Source of the DNA: Candidatus Methylomirabilia bacterium
GTDB taxonomy: Bacteria; Methylomirabilota; Methylomirabilia; Rokubacteriales; CSP1-6
Assembly (NCBI GenBank): GCA_041496385.1
Contig: JBGQEL010000020.1
Location: 1 to 55,583, forward strand
Reading direction: 5' to 3'
DNA length: 55,583 nt
Numbering within the stretch: position 1 is the stretch's first letter; each line of letters begins with the position of its first letter. The translations under genes were made by a program, and so were the position numbers. The notes under the pieces are model-generated. The model was not told where the DNA came from and did no database searches. It saw nothing but the letters and a program-made list of their open reading frames with translations. Below, piece by piece: positions 49,222 to 55,583 of the stretch.

Positions 49222-49851
49222 TCACGCCCAGGGGACGCGCGCGCCCCAGCGGTTCCAGGACGTCGTCTCCGACGTCGGCAGGCGCCGGTTCGGGCCGAAG
49301 CTCCCCTGCGGATAGCCGAGTGGAATGCAGAAGTGGAAGCTCACGTCCTTGGGAAGGCCGAGGAGCGCCCAGACGCGGTCCATCACCTTGGGGTGCAGCG
49401 TCGTGGGCACGGAGCCGATCCCCAGAGCCCGCGCCGCCAGCATGAGATTCTGGCAAGCGGGAACGACCGAGTTGGCCGGCCCGCCGCCGACCGCGAGCGC
49501 GAGGACGACGCAGGGCACGTCCTTCATGTGGTCGGCGAGCCCCGCGGCCAGGCGGTAGTTCTTCTCCTCGGGCGGGATGTCGTCGAGGGTCTTCCACCCC
49601 TTCTCGTCCAGGCGCTTGGCCCACCAGGCCTCGTGGTAGAGCTTGCCGAACTCCTGGAGCGTCTTGCCGTCGGTGATCACGAGAAAGCGGCCGACCTGAC
49701 GGTTGCCGCCGTTCGGCGCCTTCACCGCCGCCTCGACGATCAGGCGGAGGTCCTCCGCCGGGATCGGATCGGGTTTGAAGCGGCGGATCGCGCGCTGCGT
49801 GAACATGGCCTCGCCGACCGTCATCGAGAGTCGCTTGGGGTCCACGCTCAT
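49222..49851 (-). CDS. Nitroreductase family protein
   Basis: QRAIRRFKPDP, APNGGNRQ, QNLMLAARALGIG, PLGYP. Confidence 0.9.
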   Translation of the reverse strand: MSVDPKRLSMTVGEAMFTQRAIRRFKPDPIPAEDLRLIVEAAVKAPNGGNRQVGRFLVITDGKTLQEFGKLYHEAWWAKRLDEKGWKTLDDIPPEEKNYRLAAGLADHMKDVPCVVLALAVGGGPANSVVPACQNLMLAARALGIGSVPTTLHPKVMDRVWALLGLPKDVSFHFCIPLGYPQGSFGPNRRLPTSETTSWNRWGARVPWA

Positions 49852-49854
49852 GGT

Positions 49855-50940
49855 CTAGTAGCCCTCCTCGTGGAGCAGGGGAAACGCGCTGGTCGCGTGG
49901 GGGAGCGTCACGGGCGTGGCCGGATGCATGTAGGAGCGATCGAGCTGGCCCAGGCGGCTCACGCCCAGGAGCGCCATGGCGATCCGGACCTCCTCCTCGA
50001 GCAGCTCGAGGACGCGCTCGAGCCCCGGCTGGCCGGCGGCGGCCAGGCCGCAGCAGGCGATGCGTCCGAGGCCGACGGCCTGGGCGCCGAGCGCGATCGC
50101 CTTGACGACGTCGGTGCCGCGGACGAAGCCGCCGTCCACGATGACGGGCACGCGCCCGCCCACGGCCGCCACGACCTCGGGGAGCACGTCGAGCGAGCCG
50201 CGGCCGTGGTCGAGCTGGCGACCGCCGTGGTTCGAGACGTAGACCGCCTGGACACCGTGCTCGACGGCGAGCGCCGCATCCTCCGCCGTGGCGATGCCTT
50301 TCAGCAGGAGAGGGATCGAATGCGTGTCTTTGAAGCGTTTTACGTGGTCCCAGCTGAGGCCGGCCTGGAACTCGAACCCGCCGGCCCGCGTGCGCCAGGG
50401 CTTGACGAAGCGCCGGGCGAGGTCGCGCTCGCGCCGGCTGTAGCTGGCCGTGTCCACGGTGAGGCAGAAGCCCGCGTAGCCGTGCTCGCTCGCACGCTTG
50501 GCCCAGTCGTCGACCCAGGCGTCGTCGCCGCGCACGTAGAGCTGGAAGATGCGGAAGTTGTCGGCCGCCTTGGCCACGGCCTCGAGGCCGGGGTTGCACA
50601 CCGAGGAGAGCATCTGGGGCACGCCGAAGGCCTGGGAGGCCTTGGCCGCCGTGGCGCCGCCGCCCTCGGCGAACGTCTCGATCGAGCCGATCGGCGCCAG
50701 CAGCACGGGCAGGCGCACGCGCCGCCCCAGGAGCGTGGAGGCCGTCTCGACCTTCGAGACGTCGCGCAGGACGCGCGGCCGGAAGGCGACCGAGTCGAGC
50801 GCCTGCCGGTTGCGCCGGAGCGTCGTCTCGGTCTCGGCACCGCCGATGAGGTAGTCCCACGGGCCCGGCGCCAGGTTGCTGCGCGCGGCGCGCACGATCT
50901 CGTGGAGGGTCGTGAACTTGTCGTCTAGTCCTGACGCCAT
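49855..50940 (-). CDS. FMN-dependent alpha-hydroxy acid oxidase/dehydrogenase
   Basis: RPRVLRDV, FQLY, TVD, KGI, SNHGGRQLD, DGG, KAIALGA. Confidence 0.93.
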   Translation of the reverse strand: MASGLDDKFTTLHEIVRAARSNLAPGPWDYLIGGAETETTLRRNRQALDSVAFRPRVLRDVSKVETASTLLGRRVRLPVLLAPIGSIETFAEGGGATAAKASQAFGVPQMLSSVCNPGLEAVAKAADNFRIFQLYVRGDDAWVDDWAKRASEHGYAGFCLTVDTASYSRRERDLARRFVKPWRTRAGGFEFQAGLSWDHVKRFKDTHSIPLLLKGIATAEDAALAVEHGVQAVYVSNHGGRQLDHGRGSLDVLPEVVAAVGGRVPVIVDGGFVRGTDVVKAIALGAQAVGLGRIACCGLAAAGQPGLERVLELLEEEVRIAMALLGVSRLGQLDRSYMHPATPVTLPHATSAFPLLHEEGY

Positions 50941-51760
50941 CAGCGTATCCCCGCTCGCATGAAGCTTTGGACGAATTGACGCTGGAACAGGAGGAACGCC
51001 AGCAGGAGCGGTCCCGAGGTCAGCAGCGTCGCCGCCGTGATGATGGACCAGTCTACTCCCTGGTCGGTGGACCCGAAGATCTGCAGGCCCACGGTGAGGG
51101 GCCGCGCGCCCTCGACGCGCGCCGCCTCGTCGAGCTCCGTCGGCACCGTCTTGAAGGTCTGGCGCAGCAGGAAGATGCCGAAGGCCGAGGCCATGTAGGG
51201 CAGGCCCATGGCGAAGATCGTGTCGAGGAGCCCGAGACGGCTCATCGTCCGATAGTTCTCGACGATGAGCACGTCGGGCATGATCATGAGCTGCACGAGC
51301 ACCAGCAGAAAGAGCGCGTCGCGGCCCGCGAACGACAAGCGCGCGAAGGCGCCGCGCTCCATGCGTTGGCGAAGTTCTGGAGCGTGAGCGGCGCCGTCGG
51401 CACGAAGCGCGCCGAGTACTCGGCCGGGTGGAAGGCGGTCCACACGGCGCCGACGTCGTAGATGTAGTAGAGGAGGAGGAGCGCGCTCGCGTTGTCGGGG
51501 CCGCCTTTCGCCATCACCACGATGTGGTCCACCAGGCGCCGCGCGGGTGGGAGCCCCGTCACGTCCGCGTCGCCGATCGTGACACGCCCCGATGTGAGCG
51601 CCTCGAGCCCGGCGATGAGCCGTAGCGTCGTGGACTTGCCGCAGCCCGACGGGCCGAGGAGCACCGCGAGCGTGCCGACGGCCGCGTCGAAGCTCACGTC
51701 GTCCACGGCGCGCGTGGCGCCCCAGGATTTTGTGACCCGCGGGAGGGAGATCGCCGGCAT
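50940..51760 (-). pseudogene. Collapsed remnant of a CUT1 (ugp/mal-like) ABC operon: ATPase fragment plus two permease fragments
   Basis: Walker A GPSGCGKST fragment, then a UgpA-like piece (GGPDNAS...LLYYIY), then UgpE-like pieces (FARLSF, LDEAARVEGA, FQRQFV). Includes a frameshift. Confidence 0.85.
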
Positions 51761-51846
51761 GGTCCGTGGCCAACGTAGTCGATCCCTCGCGCGCGCGTCA
51801 AGGACGTCACATCCATGTTATGGTGCCGCGCGGGAGGCGCGACGAC

Positions 51847-52749
51847 ATGACCGACTGGGCACCGCCGGCGCAGGCGCGGGTCGAGGGCTACTTCAAGGAG
51901 CTGAACAACTGGGGCCGCTGGGGCGACGCCGACCAGGTCGGCACCGTGAATCTCATCACGGCGGCCAAGCGCGCGCGGGCCCAGCAGCTCGTCCGGACGG
52001 GGCGGACCGTCTCGCTGGCGCGCGACATCGGACCGCAGCCCGCGCTCATGTACCACGCGACCTTTCCGTCGAACCGCGATCGCGCCGACGTCGTGCTCGA
52101 CCGCTTCGACCTCGTCTACCACGGCTTCTCGATCACGCACATCGACGCGCTCTGCCACGTGGCGTGGGACGGCCAGCTCTACAACGGCCGACCGTTCATG
52201 CAGAGCCTGAGCGCGGCCGGCGCCACGTGGTGCCCGATCGATCCGCTCTTCGACGGCATCACCTCGCGCGGAGTCCTGCTCGACGTCGCGGCCGGGCGCA
52301 AGGACGGCCACGTCACGGTCGGGAGCCCCGTGACGCCTGGCGAGCTCGACGCCGCGGCGGCGCGCGCGGGGATCCGGGTCGAGGCGGGTGACGTCGTCGT
52401 GGTGCGGAGCGGCGACGCGGTGTTCCGGCGCGCCCATCCGGAATGGGTGCCACGCGTGTCGCCACATCCCGGCCTGCATCTCTCCTGCCTCGAGTGGTTC
52501 CGCGAGAAGGACATCGCGGCGATCGCGTGGGACATGATGGACGAGCGCCCCATCGGCTACGCGGGCTTCGGCATGGGCGTCCACCTCGCGATCCCGTTCC
52601 TCGGGCTGGCGCTCGTCGACAACACCGATCCGGAGCGGCTGGCGAAGGCGTGCACGGAGGAGGGGCGCTGGGAGTTCCTCTTCACCGCGACGCCGATCCG
52701 GCTCGTGGGGAGCACCGGCGCCCCCGCGCACCCGCTCGCGATCTTCTAG
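51847..52749 (+). CDS. Cyclase family (kynurenine formamidase-like) metal hydrolase
   Basis: NNWGRWG...GTVNLIT, HGFSITHIDA, RGVLLD, GDVVVVRSG. GGGAGG RBS. Confidence 0.88.
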   Translation: MTDWAPPAQARVEGYFKELNNWGRWGDADQVGTVNLITAAKRARAQQLVRTGRTVSLARDIGPQPALMYHATFPSNRDRADVVLDRFDLVYHGFSITHIDALCHVAWDGQLYNGRPFMQSLSAAGATWCPIDPLFDGITSRGVLLDVAAGRKDGHVTVGSPVTPGELDAAAARAGIRVEAGDVVVVRSGDAVFRRAHPEWVPRVSPHPGLHLSCLEWFREKDIAAIAWDMMDERPIGYAGFGMGVHLAIPFLGLALVDNTDPERLAKACTEEGRWEFLFTATPIRLVGSTGAPAHPLAIF

Positions 52750-52772
52750 CGCGGCCGCAGGACCGTGAGCGA

Positions 52773-54083
52773 GTGAAGCGCGCCGCGGCCGCGCTCGTCC
52801 TGTCGTTCGCGGTCTACCTCGTGCCGCTCGTCGGGCCGCACGACGGCTGGCTCCTCGGGACCGTGATCCTGCGCGAGCTCGGCGGCGCGCTCTCGGGCCG
52901 CGCGGCCCGCGACCTCGGCTGGGTGGCGACCGACCTCGGCGTGGCGCTCGCCGCGCAGGCCGTCTTCGGCCTTCTCCTCTGGTGGTTCGTCGGGCGGCCG
53001 GGATGGCGGCGCGGTCTGGCCGTGGTCGCCCCGGTCTTCCCGGCGATCATCCTCCTGAACCACGCCTTCCTGGTCGCGGTCCCGATGCGCTTCCTGATCG
53101 AGCCCGACACGACGCCCGAGCGCGCCGGCTGGCCGCTCGAGTGCTCGCTGCGCGACGTCTGGATCCCGCAGCTTCGCACCTCCGCCACCGCCGTGGCGGG
53201 GCCCGAGCCGCTCTGGGTCCTGGAGGTGAAGGCCCCCTACCGCTACGGGCTCTTCTCGATGCCGGGCTGCGTCGTGCGGATGCTGGAGCTCACGCAGTCC
53301 GCGAACGTCTACGCCACGCAGGTGGCGGGGGACCGCGCGCTCGTGGTGGCGATCGCGCCGGCGACGGGCAAGCAGCAGTGGTCGGTGTTCGACGCGGCCT
53401 CCGGCGCCCGGATTCCCCTCGACGTGGGCGAGGGCGCGGCGCCCATTCTCTCGCGCGACGGCCGCGCCGTCGTGTGGCTGCGCCCCGTGGCGGATTCGGG
53501 GTCGCCCGTCCACCACGAAGCCGTGATCCACGGCGTGGACGGGTCAGCCGAGCGGGTGATCGGCCTGGGCGAGCTCGGCCGCGAGGGCCTGCTCCAGCTC
53601 GTCGAGGCCGACACGGAGGCCGGCGAGCTCGTCCTTGCGCGCGGGCTGCGCGAGCTGTTCCGGGTCGGCGTCGACGGTCGCCCGCGCGCCCCGCTGCCGC
53701 GGCCGGAGGGCGTGGACCCGCACCCGGAGACGGTGCGGTTCCTCCCGGGCGGCTGGATCGCGTGGGACGGCTACCGCGAGGCCGAGTCCTATCGCGTCGC
53801 GTGGTCGCTCGGCCCCGGCACGGGCGCGCACCGCGTGCCGCGGAGCCGAGGCATCACCTCGCTCGCGGCGAGCCCCGACGGCCGCTTCGTCGGGCTCTCG
53901 GTCACGAGCCGCCTCAACATCGGCTCGACGCAGGACGCCGTCTACGTCCTCGGCACGGCGGACGGGCGCGAGGTGTTCCGCAAGTACTTCCCGAAGTACA
54001 CGCGCTCGAGCCTCGCGTTCCTCGGCCCGGGCTGGTTCGCCTACACCGATCTGGGAGGCATCAATGTCCTCGGGGTCCGGTGA
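52773..54083 (+). CDS. Hypothetical membrane protein with probable beta-propeller C-terminus
   Basis: About three N-terminal TM helices. Beta-rich region with SRDGR and ASPDGRF propeller-like turns. Confidence 0.65.
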   Translation: MKRAAAALVLSFAVYLVPLVGPHDGWLLGTVILRELGGALSGRAARDLGWVATDLGVALAAQAVFGLLLWWFVGRPGWRRGLAVVAPVFPAIILLNHAFLVAVPMRFLIEPDTTPERAGWPLECSLRDVWIPQLRTSATAVAGPEPLWVLEVKAPYRYGLFSMPGCVVRMLELTQSANVYATQVAGDRALVVAIAPATGKQQWSVFDAASGARIPLDVGEGAAPILSRDGRAVVWLRPVADSGSPVHHEAVIHGVDGSAERVIGLGELGREGLLQLVEADTEAGELVLARGLRELFRVGVDGRPRAPLPRPEGVDPHPETVRFLPGGWIAWDGYREAESYRVAWSLGPGTGAHRVPRSRGITSLAASPDGRFVGLSVTSRLNIGSTQDAVYVLGTADGREVFRKYFPKYTRSSLAFLGPGWFAYTDLGGINVLGVR

Positions 54084-54585
54084 GCGTCCGCTCGACGACG
54101 TCGAGCGGCGGGTGGTCGAGGTCCTCGACCGCCTCGGCGTGCCTTATGAGCTGCTCCCGATCGATCCCGACTTCGCCGACACCGCGGCCTACTGCGAGAA
54201 GTACGGCGTGCCGCTCGACCGCTCGGGCAACACGATCATCGTCGCGTCGAAGAAGGAGCCCAAACAGTACGCCGCCTGCGTCGTCAAGGCGACGACGCGG
54301 CTCGACGTCAACCACGCCGTGCGCGACCTCATGGGCGTCTCGCGCCTCTCGTTCGCCTCGGCCGAGGAGACGCAGGCGCTCACGGGCATGATGATCGGCG
54401 GCGTGACGGTCTTCGCGCTGCCCGAGGATCTCCCGATCTACGTGGACGACCGGCTGATGCTCCACGACTGGATCATCCTCGGCAGCGGCAGCCGGGCGTC
54501 GAAGATCCGGGCGTCGCCCGAGGTGCTGCGCCGCGTACCGGGGGCCCGCGTCGTCGCGGGCCTCGCCCTCGACGCCTCCCGGTAG
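54064..54585 (+). CDS. YbaK/prolyl-tRNA editing (aminoacyl-tRNA deacylase) family protein
   Basis: SFASAEET.ALTGMMIGGVTVF, IYVD, LGSGSR. GGGAGG RBS. Confidence 0.85.
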   Translation: MSSGSGERPLDDVERRVVEVLDRLGVPYELLPIDPDFADTAAYCEKYGVPLDRSGNTIIVASKKEPKQYAACVVKATTRLDVNHAVRDLMGVSRLSFASAEETQALTGMMIGGVTVFALPEDLPIYVDDRLMLHDWIILGSGSRASKIRASPEVLRRVPGARVVAGLALDASR

Positions 54586-54633
54586 TCGCCCCCGAGCTTG
54601 CTTGTGCTAGAGTGCCGCCGGATTCAGGATGCC

Positions 54634-55422
54634 GTGACCACACGGGAGGATCTAGTGGAGGTGCTCTGCTCCGTCGCCGGCGGCGTGGCGAGCGTGACGC
54701 TCAACCGGCCCACGAAGCGGAACGCGCTCAACCGCGCCCTGCTTGCGCGTCTCGACGCGAGGCTCGACCGGCTCGAGTCCGACCGCGACGTGCGCGTCAT
54801 CGTCCTCCGCGGCGCGGGCCCGGCGTTCTGCGCGGGCATGGACCTCGACGAGCTGTCGCGGCTCCAGGACGCCGACGACGACCCCGAGGCCCCGGTGGTG
54901 GCGACGCTGCAGCGGATCGAGCGCTCCCGCCATCCGACGATCGCGGTCGTCCACGGCGACGCGTTCGCGGGCGGCTGCGAGCTGGCGCTGCACTGCGACC
55001 TCCGACTCGCCGCCGACGGCGCGCGTTTCGCGATGCCTCTCCCACGCCTCGGGCTGGTCGTGCCGTTCCCGCTCGGGCAGAAGCTCGTCGAGGTCGTTGG
55101 CGCCGCGATGACGCGCTGGATCCTCCTCACCGGACGGCCGGTGTCGGCGCGCCGCGCGTGGGAGATCGGGATGGTCCACGAGGTCGTCCCGGCCGCGGAC
55201 CTCGAGCGGGTGGCCGGCGATCTCGCGCGCGGCATCGCCGAGGCGGCGCCGCTCGCGCTGGCGGGCATGAAGCAGACGGTCCTCCGCGCCGTGTCGGCGC
55301 GGGAGAGGGTCGAGCACGCCGATCTCGACGCCCTCGCGTCCCGCGCGCGGCGGAGCCGCGACGCCAGGGAAGGCGTGCGCGCGATGCTCGAGAAGCGGAA
55401 GCCGCTGTTCCAGGGAGAGTGA
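54634..55422 (+). CDS. Enoyl-CoA hydratase/isomerase family protein
   Basis: LNRPTKRNAL, FCAGMD, AGGCELAL, EGVRAMLEKRKP. Start codon uncertain. Confidence 0.9.
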   Translation: MTTREDLVEVLCSVAGGVASVTLNRPTKRNALNRALLARLDARLDRLESDRDVRVIVLRGAGPAFCAGMDLDELSRLQDADDDPEAPVVATLQRIERSRHPTIAVVHGDAFAGGCELALHCDLRLAADGARFAMPLPRLGLVVPFPLGQKLVEVVGAAMTRWILLTGRPVSARRAWEIGMVHEVVPAADLERVAGDLARGIAEAAPLALAGMKQTVLRAVSARERVEHADLDALASRARRSRDAREGVRAMLEKRKPLFQGE

Positions 55423-55430
55423 GGACCCCG

Positions 55431-55583
55431 ATGAAATTCTCGATCCAGCAGCTCCTGACGCTCCGCGACTGGCAGACGGAGGCCGAGGTCTACGCCCACG
55501 CGCTGGAGGAGGCCCGCCTCGCCGAGGAGCTGGGTTTCCACGCTGTCTGGCTCGCCGAGCATCACTTCTCGGTCTATGGCGTC
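55431..55583 (+). CDS. LLM-class flavin-dependent oxidoreductase, N-terminal part (runs off the window edge)
   Basis: MKFSIQQLL...LAEELGFHAVWLAEHHFS. GAGGA RBS. Confidence 0.85.
   Translation, partial: MKFSIQQLLTLRDWQTEAEVYAHALEEARLAEELGFHAVWLAEHHFSVYGV

Overview
Very GC-rich bacterial chromosomal window (roughly 70% by eye, not computed). It is densely coding, with about 50 genes and no rRNA, tRNA, CRISPR array, transposase or integrase that I could see. The gene mix (LLM oxidoreductases, CaiB/BaiF CoA transferases, acyl-CoA dehydrogenases and ligases, orphan ABC solute-binding proteins, orphan Mo-hydroxylase large subunit) resembles Ca. Rokubacteria (Methylomirabilota); this is inference only. 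Left end: part of a polysaccharide locus (DegT aminotransferase, Wzx flippase, GT4) with a sigma-54 promoter. The rest is mostly acyl-CoA/organic-acid catabolism, signalling (hybrid histidine kinase, REC-PilZ, HAMP-class III cyclase), a dpp-type ABC transporter and housekeeping genes (DAHP synthase, murB, pdxH). Top leads: (1) an 819-aa GAF protein whose C-terminus carries most class III nucleotidyl-cyclase motifs in order, in strongly diverged form; (2) a sugar/glycerol-3-phosphate-type ABC operon collapsed by about four deletions into ~820 bp; (3) a ~170-nt rod-like palindromic element with a perfect 35-bp stem and strand-specific G-U pairs; (4) a NYN/LOTUS-like protein with Arg/Gly tracts; (5) -10 boxes 6-9 nt before at least 10 start codons, suggesting leaderless mRNAs; (6) a protoglobin-murB coupled pair; (7) a 13-codon histidine-phosphatase relic coupled to a cyclase with non-canonical specificity residues. 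All family assignments come from motif recognition by eye, not from database searches.
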